A stretch of 51,668 nt of DNA from Clostridia bacterium (lineage in GTDB: Bacteria; Bacillota; Clostridia; Oscillospirales; CAG-272), in assembly GCA_900753295.1 (NCBI GenBank), contig CAADYQ010000151.1, forward strand, positions 1 through 51,668. The letters run 5' to 3'. This document shows positions 26,496 to 34,705 of the stretch, in pieces (within the stretch, counting starts at the first letter, position 1; every line of letters starts with the position of its first letter). The notes below the pieces were generated by a model. The model did not search any database, was not told the DNA's origin, and saw nothing but the letters and a program-made list of their open reading frames with translations. The translations under genes and the position numbers were made by a program.

Positions 26496-27412
26496 TGGAC
26501 GCGATAGAAAGAAAGCTTTTGCGCGAGGTCGCCGACCTTGATGCGCTCCCCACCGGGGCGTACAACATCCGCGAAAACGGAAAGCTCGGCGGACGCAACA
26601 CAACAGCAAATATCGATATCAGGACCAAGACGGACAAGCCCGGCATAGACATAATAATCAAGCCCGGAACGGTAAACGAAAGCGTGCATATCCCCGTTAT
26701 CCTCAGCGAGACCGGTCTTCATGACATGGTATACAACGATTTTTACATCGGAGAAGGTTGCGATGTTGTGATAATCGCCGGCTGTGGTATTCATAACGGC
26801 GGATGCGAGACCGCACAGCACGACGGCATACACACATTTTACATCTCGCGCGGCTCGCATGTAAAGTACGTGGAGAAGCATTACGGCGAGGGCGAAGGGC
26901 GCGGAAAGCGGCTGATGAACCCCACAACGGTAGTGCATATTGAAGAAGGAGGCTCCATGGAAATGGAGACGACTCAGATCGCCGGCATCGACGATACCAT
27001 GCGCCGCACGACCGCCGACCTTGCCAAGGATGCAAGGCTCGTAATACGCGAAAAAATAATGACGACGGGCGAGCAGAACGCCAAAACCGATTTTACCGTG
27101 GATATGAACGGCGCCGGCTCCTCCGCAAACGTGGTTTCACGCAGCGTCGCCAAGGACAACAGCCGCCAGGAGTTTGACAGCCTTATCAACGGAAATGCCG
27201 AATGTCACGGCCATACCGAGTGCGATGCGATCATAATGGACAACGGACACGTGCTGGCGCGTCCCTGCCTTGCCGCAAACAATATTGACGCCTCACTGAT
27301 ACATGAGGCTGCTATCGGAAAGATCGCGGGCGAGCAGCTGATAAAGCTGATGACGCTTGGTCTTGACGAAAAGGAAGCCGAAGAACAGATAGTGGCTGGA
27401 TTCCTTGAATGA
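26495..27412 (+). CDS. SufB/SufD family protein
   Basis: 305 aa. The beta-helix-like core IIIKPGTVNESVHIPVIL...GSHVKYVEKHYGEG is characteristic of the short clostridial/archaeal SufBD proteins. Confidence 0.7.
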   Translation: MDAIERKLLREVADLDALPTGAYNIRENGKLGGRNTTANIDIRTKTDKPGIDIIIKPGTVNESVHIPVILSETGLHDMVYNDFYIGEGCDVVIIAGCGIHNGGCETAQHDGIHTFYISRGSHVKYVEKHYGEGEGRGKRLMNPTTVVHIEEGGSMEMETTQIAGIDDTMRRTTADLAKDARLVIREKIMTTGEQNAKTDFTVDMNGAGSSANVVSRSVAKDNSRQEFDSLINGNAECHGHTECDAIIMDNGHVLARPCLAANNIDASLIHEAAIGKIAGEQLIKLMTLGLDEKEAEEQIVAGFLE

Positions 27413-27426
27413 ACCGCTGAACCACA

Positions 27427-27468
27427 AAATGGGCTGTCGCGCTAATGCGCGACAGCCCATTGGTTTTT
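27427..27468. terminator. bidirectional intrinsic terminator
   Basis: GGGCTGTCGCGC-TAAT-GCGCGACAGCCC followed by a T-rich tail (ATTGGTTTTT) and preceded by AAAAT. Confidence 0.75.
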
Positions 27469-27479
27469 ATTCGAATCAA

Positions 27480-27758
27480 TTAAACGACATGCGTCTCGAG
27501 AATATTTCTCAGCGCGGACATCGAGCTTGTGTGGCAACGCGCCACGCGGATGTTCCGCTTTTTAGCCTGTCCTGTGGCAATGTCAAGCATCTTGTGCGAC
27601 ATTGTGCTTGTAAACAGCACCAAAAGATCGGGGGTACCGAAATTCTGAATTCCGCGGTCGGTCTTCATAAATATCTTTGCGCGGCATGAATATTCGCGGC
27701 ACAGGTCCTCGTACTGACGGGCCATGCGCTCATTACCGCCTACTATAACTACGCTCAA
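27480..27758 (-). CDS. DUF2325 domain protein
   Basis: 92 aa. MSVVIVGGNERM...DLLVLFTSTMSHKM...RVARCHTSS matches my recollection of the DUF2325 family, which is often linked to feo loci. Confidence 0.65.
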   Translation of the reverse strand: MSVVIVGGNERMARQYEDLCREYSCRAKIFMKTDRGIQNFGTPDLLVLFTSTMSHKMLDIATGQAKKRNIRVARCHTSSMSALRNILETHVV

Positions 27759-27784
27759 ACCATCTCTCCTTCTTTATATGTATC

Positions 27785-28051
27785 TCAGTTCTTTTTACCG
27801 AACAGTCCGAAAAGACCGCTCTTTTTTTCATAAGGCTCGGTGCTGACACCGAGGAGTTCATAGCCCGTTGCGGCTATTTTTTCTTTAAGTGCGTCCTCAT
27901 CAAGCGGCGTATCGGAAATGATCACCGTCTCTCCCTTTGAATGCGAGGATGAGACCTTTTTCACGTTAAATGCCGCGCGTATGCAGTCGTTGACATGCGA
28001 CTCGCACATAGAACACATCATACCGTTTATTTTAAGTACAGTCTTGACCAT
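27785..28051 (-). CDS. heavy-metal-associated (HMA) domain protein
   Basis: GMMCSMC metal-binding motif in a ferredoxin-like protein of about 70 aa, plus a short tail. Confidence 0.8.
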   Translation of the reverse strand: MVKTVLKINGMMCSMCESHVNDCIRAAFNVKKVSSSHSKGETVIISDTPLDEDALKEKIAATGYELLGVSTEPYEKKSGLFGLFGKKN

Positions 28052-28166
28052 TTTTATTTTTCCTCTTTTTCTCGCAGAAGATCCGCTTTTTCAGTATTAC
28101 CCGCAAACCGACCGAAAGCGTCAGTGTGACTGCCGCTACCGTCAGTGCGCAAATTATTTCCGTCAT
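28032..28166 (-). CDS. candidate 44-aa single-TM peptide
   Basis: ATG 28166 lies 1 nt after the repressor stop (TAAAATG). MTEIICALTVAAVTLTLSVGLRVILKKRIF... Overlaps the HMA start by 20 nt. No RBS of its own. Confidence 0.3.
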   Translation of the reverse strand: MTEIICALTVAAVTLTLSVGLRVILKKRIFCEKKRKNKNGQDCT

Positions 28167-28167
28167 T

Positions 28168-28551
28168 TTATGCAATACCGCTTTCTTTTTCCCTGCCCAG
28201 CCCGTCAAGGCTTTCCTCGGGCAGCTCGGAAAGCAGCATATATACAGCCGCATCAACATTCCCCGCATCCGGAAAGCTCTTTCGCAAAAGCTCGGATACC
28301 GAATCGTAATAACGTCCGTAGCGGTCAGCAATCTCTTTGCCGAGGCGCGTAAGGTATGCCGCACCGTATGCGTCTTTTGAGACAAGCCCCATCTCGTCAA
28401 ACGTTTTCATCATATTGTGTACGCTGGGCTTGGAAAGACCAAGTGCCGCAGCAATATCAACACTGCGTATACCGCCGCCGTCATGCCCAAGAGCTTTCAG
28501 CGCGAGCAGGTATCTTATTGCGGAAGCGCTGAGTTCGATATGTTCATCCAT
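28168..28551 (-). CDS. DtxR/MntR-family metal-dependent transcriptional repressor
   Basis: Winged-HTH segment IRSVDIAAALGLSKPSVHNMMKTFDEMGLV. Start at MDEHIEL (28551). Confidence 0.8.
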   Translation of the reverse strand: MDEHIELSASAIRYLLALKALGHDGGGIRSVDIAAALGLSKPSVHNMMKTFDEMGLVSKDAYGAAYLTRLGKEIADRYGRYYDSVSELLRKSFPDAGNVDAAVYMLLSELPEESLDGLGREKESGIA

Positions 28552-28618
28552 GCAAAACCTGCTCCGTTTTTTAAAATCGGGGCTGTCGCTTGAATGCGGC
28601 AGCCCCATTCGTCATAGA

Positions 28619-28792
28619 TCACTTTTTTGAGTGGCAAGAGCCAGCCATAGGGCAGGAACCGCACTTGCAACCGCAACTGGACTTACCTTTTTTCTTATCC
28701 TTGACAAGGCTTACGATTATGGCTGCCACCATTGCTACAAGCACTGCGCATATAATTATCGTGACGATATTTTCTGCGATCCATGCAAACAT
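28619..28792 (-). CDS. FeoB-associated Cys-rich small membrane protein (57 aa)
   Basis: Below the ORF-track cut-off. MFAWIAENIVTIIICAVLVAMVAAIIVSLVKDKKKGKSSCGCKCGSCPMAGSCHSKK: one TM helix plus a Cys-rich tail, 28 nt downstream of feoB. Confidence 0.7.
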   Translation of the reverse strand: MFAWIAENIVTIIICAVLVAMVAAIIVSLVKDKKKGKSSCGCKCGSCPMAGSCHSKK

Positions 28793-28820
28793 TTTGAATG
28801 ACTCCTTTCACATTTCAGTG

Positions 28821-31343
28821 TCAGTTTACTTTGACTTTTGTAGTCAGCTTGGTCGCTTCCTTGTAAGGACGAACGAGCATCCAGATCATGCCGGCAAGTA
28901 TCGCGACGGCGAAGATAAGACCGACGACGTTGACGTTTCCGGTGAATAGACCGCCGAACTGGTTGACCATGAGTGCGATGCAGTAAGCAAAGCCGCACTG
29001 ATAGCCGATTGCGAACCATGTCCACTTTGCGTTGTTCATCTCACGCTTGATAGCGCCGATGGCAGCGAAGCAAGGTGCGCAGAGAAGGTTGAATACGAGG
29101 AAGGAATAACCGGTGATGCCAGTGAAGGCAGCAGCGATATTCTGGTAAACGGTTCCGTCGCCGCCTCCGTAGAGGATGCCGAGGGTACCGACTATGTTTT
29201 CCTTAGCGACAAGTCCGGTGATGGATGCCACAGCAGCCTGCCAGTTGCCCCAGCCGAGCGGCTTGAAAATCCAAGCAAGTACACCGCCGATAGCGGCAAG
29301 GATGGACTTATCGATCTCTTCGTCGGAGAGCATTCTGAACGAGCCGTCAACTACTCCGAAGTAAGTGGTGAACCATACGAGTATGGTGGAAAGGGTGATG
29401 ATCGTACCGGCTTTCTTGATGAAGGACCAGCCGCGCTCCCACATGGAACGGAGAACGTTGCTGAGAGTAGGCCAGTGGTAAGCGGGAAGCTCCATAACGA
29501 AGGGAGCAGGATCGCCGGAGAACATCTTGGTCTTCTTAAGCATGATACCGGAAACGATGATCGCAGCCATGCCGATGAAGTAAGCGGAGGTAGCTACCCA
29601 AGCGGAGCCGCCGAACAGAGCGCCGGCAACCATTCCGATAAACGGAACCTTAGCGCCGCAGGGGATAAATGTGGTTGTCATGATCGTCATACGGCGGTCA
29701 CGCTCATTTTCAATGGTACGGGATGCCATGATACCGGGAACGCCGCAGCCTACACCGATGAGCATCGGGATGAAGGACTTACCGGAAAGACCGAACTTAC
29801 GGAAGATACGGTCAAGAACGAATGCGATACGTGCCATGTAGCCGCAAGACTCAAGGAATGCGAGCATCAGGAACAGAACGAGCATCTGGGGAACGAATCC
29901 GAGAACGGCGCCGACACCGGCAACGATACCGTCAAGGATAAGACCGCTGAGCCACTCGGGGCAAACGGGATCGTCGCTGTCAACACGGAGAGCGTTACCG
30001 ATCAGCGTGGGGATGCCGGGAATCCATACACCGAAATCGGCAGGATCGGGAGCGGCAAATTCCGCGTTCTTGGTTTCAAAGTATTCCTTTGCTTCAAGGA
30101 AGGACATCTGAACGACCGCATCATTCTTCTTCTCGGACTCGGGAACGGAGGAATAGTAAACAGTCAGATTATTCTGTGCAAGAGTTTCCTCATCCTCAAC
30201 GGTAACAGTGCCTGTTGCGTTGTCGGATTCGGGCCGGAAGTTCTTTATGGCTTCAAGAGCAGCCGCGGCGTCAAAATCTTCAGCCTCGGGGTCTATCTCA
30301 ACAAAGCCGTTGATGGCGTTCAGCGCATCGCTGTATTCGCCGTCGGCATCGTTGAACTCGGCTGAACCGATCCAAAGCAGGTGCCAACCGTCGCCAAACA
30401 CACCGTCGTTAGCCCAGTCGGTAGCAGGCGCGCCGACAGCGACCATTGCGATGTAGTAAACGAGGAACATAACAACAACGAAGATCGGGAGACCCAGCCA
30501 ACGGTTGGTAACGACCTTATCGATCTTATCGGATGCCGAAAGCTTGCCGGCGCTCTTCTTCTTGTAGCATGCCTTGATTATGGAGGCTATGTAAACGTAA
30601 CGCTCGTTGGTGATGATCGACTCGGCATCATCGTCAAGCTCTTCCTCGGCGGCTTTGATATCCTTTTCGATATGTGCAAGCGTCTCGGGAGCTATATTCA
30701 GCTTCTCAAGCACCTTGTCGTCGCGCTCGAAGATCTTTATGGCGTACCATCTCTGCTGTTCCTCGGGCATGCCGTGAACAGCCGCTTCCTCAATGTGAGC
30801 GATAGCGTGCTCAACACATCCGGAGAAGGTGTGCTGCGGGATGGTCTTTACGTTCTTGGCGGCATTGATAGCAGCCTCGGCGGCTTCCATAATGCCTGTT
30901 CCCTTCAGAGCCGAAATCTCAACGATCTTGCAGCCGAGCTGACGGGAAAGCTCATCGGTGTTGATCTTATCGCCGTTCTTTTTCACGACGTCCATCATGT
31001 TGATGGCGATAACTACCGGGATGCCCAGCTCTGTGAGCTGTGTGGTGAGGTAGAGGTTACGCTCAAGGTTAGTACCGTCGATGATATTGAGGATGGCATC
31101 GGGGCGCTCATCTATAAGGTAATTTCTCGCTACGACTTCCTCCAGTGTGTAAGGAGAAAGCGAATAAATACCGGGAAGATCGGTGACGATAACGCCGTCA
31201 TGCTTTTTAAGCTTACCTTCCTTCTTCTCTACCGTAACTCCGGGCCAGTTACCAACGAACTGATTGGAGCCGGTAAGAGCATTGAACAATGTTGTTTTGC
31301 CGCTGTTGGGGTTACCCGCAAGGGCAATTCTTAATTCACTCAT
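28821..31343 (-). CDS. feoB: ferrous iron transporter FeoB (840 aa, with an enlarged first external loop)
   Basis: G1 GNPNSGKTT, G3 DLPG, G4 NMMD. Gate-motif region FLESCGYMARIAFVLDR. Polytopic C-terminal domain. Confidence 0.95.
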   Translation of the reverse strand: MSELRIALAGNPNSGKTTLFNALTGSNQFVGNWPGVTVEKKEGKLKKHDGVIVTDLPGIYSLSPYTLEEVVARNYLIDERPDAILNIIDGTNLERNLYLTTQLTELGIPVVIAINMMDVVKKNGDKINTDELSRQLGCKIVEISALKGTGIMEAAEAAINAAKNVKTIPQHTFSGCVEHAIAHIEEAAVHGMPEEQQRWYAIKIFERDDKVLEKLNIAPETLAHIEKDIKAAEEELDDDAESIITNERYVYIASIIKACYKKKSAGKLSASDKIDKVVTNRWLGLPIFVVVMFLVYYIAMVAVGAPATDWANDGVFGDGWHLLWIGSAEFNDADGEYSDALNAINGFVEIDPEAEDFDAAAALEAIKNFRPESDNATGTVTVEDEETLAQNNLTVYYSSVPESEKKNDAVVQMSFLEAKEYFETKNAEFAAPDPADFGVWIPGIPTLIGNALRVDSDDPVCPEWLSGLILDGIVAGVGAVLGFVPQMLVLFLMLAFLESCGYMARIAFVLDRIFRKFGLSGKSFIPMLIGVGCGVPGIMASRTIENERDRRMTIMTTTFIPCGAKVPFIGMVAGALFGGSAWVATSAYFIGMAAIIVSGIMLKKTKMFSGDPAPFVMELPAYHWPTLSNVLRSMWERGWSFIKKAGTIITLSTILVWFTTYFGVVDGSFRMLSDEEIDKSILAAIGGVLAWIFKPLGWGNWQAAVASITGLVAKENIVGTLGILYGGGDGTVYQNIAAAFTGITGYSFLVFNLLCAPCFAAIGAIKREMNNAKWTWFAIGYQCGFAYCIALMVNQFGGLFTGNVNVVGLIFAVAILAGMIWMLVRPYKEATKLTTKVKVN

Positions 31344-31437
31344 GTCTTGATCCTTTCCTGAATGCGGTCAGAATTTGCTGACCGTTAATCTTTGAATATG
31401 GGGATCGGCGTCCCCGTGTATTATGCCGGTAAGAAGA

Positions 31438-31659
31438 TCACTCAACTTCGATCATGTCGGAATCCGCCTTGCGGAGCGAAAGCTCGTATCCGCGCACGGT
31501 GACTTCAATGGGGTCGCCAAGCGGTGCAACCTTGCGAACGTAAACCTCGACACCCTTGGTAATACCCATGTCCATGATACGGCGCTTCACCGCACCCTCG
31601 CCATGCAGCTTTACGACTTTAACGGTATCTCCGATCTTTGCCTGCCTTAAGGTCTTCAT
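31438..31659 (-). CDS. feoA: FeoA domain protein
   Basis: 73 aa, SH3-like FeoA pattern KIGDTVKVVKL...RRIMDMGITKGVEV. Confidence 0.9.
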   Translation of the reverse strand: MKTLRQAKIGDTVKVVKLHGEGAVKRRIMDMGITKGVEVYVRKVAPLGDPIEVTVRGYELSLRKADSDMIEVE

Positions 31660-31720
31660 GCCTATGTATCCTCCTTGATAAAATTACTTATGTCTTTATT
31701 GCTTGGGCACGAGCGTGCCT

Positions 31721-31933
31721 TCAAACCATGATTTTTCTTGCCATCTCTTCACTGATGGCAACGCGGGACTCCTTTACATTCACTATAACGTTTCCGCCCA
31801 GAGCCGTGATGACGGTCACATTCCCGCCGACGACAAACCCGAGATTTTCAAGATGCTGCTTTACCTCGGCGCTTCCGCCTATTTTCTTTATCGTGTTTTC
31901 CTCGCCGATATCGGCAAGACTCAGTGGCAACAT
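31721..31933 (-). CDS. feoA: FeoA domain protein
   Basis: 70 aa. LADIGEENTIKKI...KQHLENLGFVVGGNVTV. Confidence 0.85.
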   Translation of the reverse strand: MLPLSLADIGEENTIKKIGGSAEVKQHLENLGFVVGGNVTVITALGGNVIVNVKESRVAISEEMARKIMV

Positions 31934-31957
31934 TTTTTCTCCGTCTCCGCCTTGTGA

Positions 31958-31971
31958 TTAGCAGATGCTAA
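31958..31971. promoter_or_regulatory. palindromic operator candidate TTAGCAGATGCTAA
   Basis: Perfect TTAGC-N4-GCTAA palindrome in the feoA 5' UTR. Confidence 0.5.
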
Positions 31972-31989
31972 CTCAAGGGCTTTATTATT

Positions 31990-32007
31990 GGTTAGCCCTC
32001 GCTAACC
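31990..32007. promoter_or_regulatory. palindromic operator candidate GGTTAGCCCTCGCTAACC
   Basis: GGTTAGC-N4-GCTAACC, ending 8 nt downstream of the feo -10 hexamer. Confidence 0.55.
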
Positions 32008-32014
32008 GTGCATA

Positions 32015-32043
32015 ATGATACACCATGTATTCGATTTTGTCAA
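32015..32043 (-). promoter_or_regulatory. feo operon promoter
   Basis: Reverse strand: TTGACA, 17 nt, TATCAT. Confidence 0.55.
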
Positions 32044-32098
32044 GAGTTTTTCGCAAAAAAAATCCTCTTTTCGTCAGATTCGGCGCAATCCACACTAA

Positions 32099-32114
32099 GT
32101 TAGCCCGGGCTAAC
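32099..32114. promoter_or_regulatory. palindromic operator candidate GTTAGCCCGGGCTAAC
   Basis: Perfect 16-bp palindrome with the same TTAGC-N4-GCTAA architecture, between the divergent promoters. Confidence 0.5.
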
Positions 32115-32193
32115 CTTTTAATTGGTCATTTTGCCTATCGAAAAAGTAGGATTTATTTCTCCGACCTCCGGCGCGGTTATTTTTTAAAAGGCA

Positions 32194-32222
32194 TTGACGG
32201 CACAGCGCCAATCTGTTATAAT
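32194..32222 (+). promoter_or_regulatory. sigma-A-like promoter
   Basis: TTGACG, 17 nt, TATAAT. Confidence 0.55.
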
Positions 32223-32262
32223 AAGTCTGTAAGAAAAAAGCAATGAAAGGATCAACGATAAA

Positions 32263-34158
32263 ATGAATTTAAGACCTCCGGCAATACCGCTCATAACGGT
32301 CGATCCGTACTTTTCGGTATGGTCGATAAACGACCGCCTGAACGAAGGCACGACACGTCACTGGACAGGCTCGCCGAACACAATTGAAGGCACTGTGACC
32401 GTAAACGGCAAGGAATATGTCTTTATGGGCGATGCGGGCAAGCGCGAAAAGATCCCGCAGACCACCTTTTACTATGACGCGCTGACCACAAGCTATGCTT
32501 TCAAAAACGATGAGGTATCGCTCGGATTGCGCTTCCTCTCTCCGCTTCTTCCCGATAATCTTGAGATCATGACGCGCCCCGTCTCATATCTCATGCTTGC
32601 CTGCACGACAGCCGATGGGTCGCCTGCCGAAATAAAGATATCGGCTTCCGAAGAGCTTTGCCTCAATCTGCGCGGCGAAGGCACGGTCGCGGGCGAGACA
32701 GTCGCCTTCCGCGGAGGCAAAGCCGTAAAAATGGGCAACACCGAGCAGAAACCGCTCTGGCGCAGCGGAGACAATGTGCGCATCGACTGGGGATATTTCT
32801 ATCTCGCCGCCAGGGGCGACGCCGATACATCGTTTATCGACGGCTCCGACGGCATGAAATACGCCGTGCTGAAAAAGACCGTAAAGTCGGGCGAGAATGC
32901 GCTTATAATGTTTGCATACGATGACACCGAAAGCATCGAATACTTCGGCAAGCGTCTGCGCTCAGTATGGAACAGCAAGGGCAAGACGATAGAAGAGGCT
33001 CTTACCAATGCCGTCGAGGACTGGCTGAAGCTCCACAGTTTCGCAGCTGCGTTTTCAATAAGACTGAAGATGGAAGCAACAGCGGCGGGAGGCGAAAAGT
33101 ACGCCGATATGCTGGCGCTTGCCTGGAGACAGACTATCGCCGCTCACAAGGCAGTGCTTGACGAGAACGGCGAGCTGCTGTTCATCTCCAAGGAATGCTT
33201 CTCAAACGGTTGCGCGGCTACCGTTGACGTCAGCTACCCTTCGATACCCATGTTCCTTATCTACAAGCCGGAGCTTGTCATCGGAATGATGCGTCCGATA
33301 TTCAGATACGCCGCATCCGACGACTGGCAGTACGACTTTGCGCCGCACGATGCGGGCAGATATCCTCTGCTCAACGGTCAGTTCTACGGCGGTGGCAACC
33401 TGCCCGACAAGCAGATGCCGGTAGAGGAATGCGGAAATATGCTCGTTATGGCGGCGACAGCATCCATAGCTCTCGGCAACGCCGACTTTGCCGCCGAGCA
33501 CATAGATACGCTCAACACATGGGCGGAATATCTGATAAAATTCGGCAAAGACCCGGAAAATCAGCTCTGCACCGACGACTTTGCGGGGCACCTGGCGCAC
33601 AACTGCAACCTTTCCCTCAAGGCGATAAGCGCGCTTGAAGGACTGTCGGTGATCCACCGTATGCTCGGAAACTCCGAGCTTGAGAAAAAATACGACACCG
33701 CCGCACGTGAGATAGCCTCCGACTGGTGCGCTCGCGCCGACAACGGAGACGGCAGCTTCCGCCTTGCATACGACCGCCCTGGCACATACAGCATGAAGTA
33801 CAACGCCGTGTGGGACAAGCTGTTCGGCAGCAATATATTCCCGTCCTATGTGTTTGAAAGCGAGGTCGCGTCGAACTTCCGCCACTTCAATCCTTACGGA
33901 ATGCCGCTTGACAACCGTGCAAAATATACAAAAGCGGACTGGATAGTCTGGACAGCGACGCTCTCGCACGACCGCGAGACATTTGAACGGTATATCGAAC
34001 CGCTGTGGCTCGCCTATCACCTCACGCCCGACCGCGTGCCCATGACAGACTGGTATGACACCGTAACAACGATGCACCACCACTTCCAGCACCGTTCGGT
34101 CATCGGCGGACTCTTTATCAAGCTGCTTGAATATAAGGGTATAATGAAGGTAAACTGA
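32263..34158 (+). CDS. glutaminase-like family protein (DUF4965/DUF1793 type; probable glycoside hydrolase)
   Basis: N-terminus LRPPAIPLITVDPYFSVWS...RHWTG is the typical start of this family, from memory. 631 aa. Confidence 0.75.
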   Translation: MNLRPPAIPLITVDPYFSVWSINDRLNEGTTRHWTGSPNTIEGTVTVNGKEYVFMGDAGKREKIPQTTFYYDALTTSYAFKNDEVSLGLRFLSPLLPDNLEIMTRPVSYLMLACTTADGSPAEIKISASEELCLNLRGEGTVAGETVAFRGGKAVKMGNTEQKPLWRSGDNVRIDWGYFYLAARGDADTSFIDGSDGMKYAVLKKTVKSGENALIMFAYDDTESIEYFGKRLRSVWNSKGKTIEEALTNAVEDWLKLHSFAAAFSIRLKMEATAAGGEKYADMLALAWRQTIAAHKAVLDENGELLFISKECFSNGCAATVDVSYPSIPMFLIYKPELVIGMMRPIFRYAASDDWQYDFAPHDAGRYPLLNGQFYGGGNLPDKQMPVEECGNMLVMAATASIALGNADFAAEHIDTLNTWAEYLIKFGKDPENQLCTDDFAGHLAHNCNLSLKAISALEGLSVIHRMLGNSELEKKYDTAAREIASDWCARADNGDGSFRLAYDRPGTYSMKYNAVWDKLFGSNIFPSYVFESEVASNFRHFNPYGMPLDNRAKYTKADWIVWTATLSHDRETFERYIEPLWLAYHLTPDRVPMTDWYDTVTTMHHHFQHRSVIGGLFIKLLEYKGIMKVN

Positions 34159-34162
34159 CCCC

Positions 34163-34654
34163 ATGACGACCGAAAAAATAAGCGCCGCGGACATCGGCGC
34201 ATGCTGTGACCTATATAATCATTACATCCGCAACACCTGCTTTACGCTTGAAGAGGAAGAGGTGAGCCACGAGGAATTCGCCGCACGGGTGGAAAGGATA
34301 TGTCGCACATATCCGTATATCGTGGCGCGGAACGATGCGGGAGAGGTCGTGGGGTATGCGTACCTCGACACCTTCAATCCGCGGAGCGCATACCGCCGCA
34401 CCGCCGACCTTTCGATATATGTGAGCCACAGACATCTGCACGAGCATATCGGAGGCATCCTGCTTGCAGCGATCGAAAAAGAGGCAAAGGAATACGGCAT
34501 AACCACGCTCATCTCGATAATCACGAGCGAGAACGCAGGTTCGGTCGCGTTTCACGAAAAGAACGGTTTTATCCGCGAAGGAACGATACACGACGTTGCC
34601 GTGAAGTTCGGAAAAACGCTGAGTATCGACTATTACAGAAAGCCGCTACGATAA
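34163..34654 (+). CDS. GNAT acetyltransferase, phosphinothricin-acetyltransferase-like
   Basis: YNHYIRNTCFTLEEEEVSHEEF...VVGYAYLDTFNPRSAYRRTADLSIYV is a PAT/MddA-like pattern. Confidence 0.8.
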   Translation: MTTEKISAADIGACCDLYNHYIRNTCFTLEEEEVSHEEFAARVERICRTYPYIVARNDAGEVVGYAYLDTFNPRSAYRRTADLSIYVSHRHLHEHIGGILLAAIEKEAKEYGITTLISIITSENAGSVAFHEKNGFIREGTIHDVAVKFGKTLSIDYYRKPLR

Positions 34655-34668
34655 ACATAAACAAGCAC

Positions 34669-34705
34669 CCCGGCAGAGACGCGTTGCGTCTCTGCCGGGA
34701 TGGTT
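34669..34705. terminator. 14-bp hairpin terminator shared by convergent genes
   Basis: CCCGGCAGAGACGC-GTT-GCGTCTCTGCCGGG followed by ATGGTTTTATTT. Confidence 0.7.

Noticed and set aside
31958-32114. Calling the feo palindromes canonical DtxR/IdeR iron boxes
   Set aside because: The half-sites match, but the arm spacing (TTAG-N6-CTAA) differs from the 19-bp consensus (TTAG-N1-CTAA). They are therefore reported only as DtxR-family-like operators of a distinct architecture.
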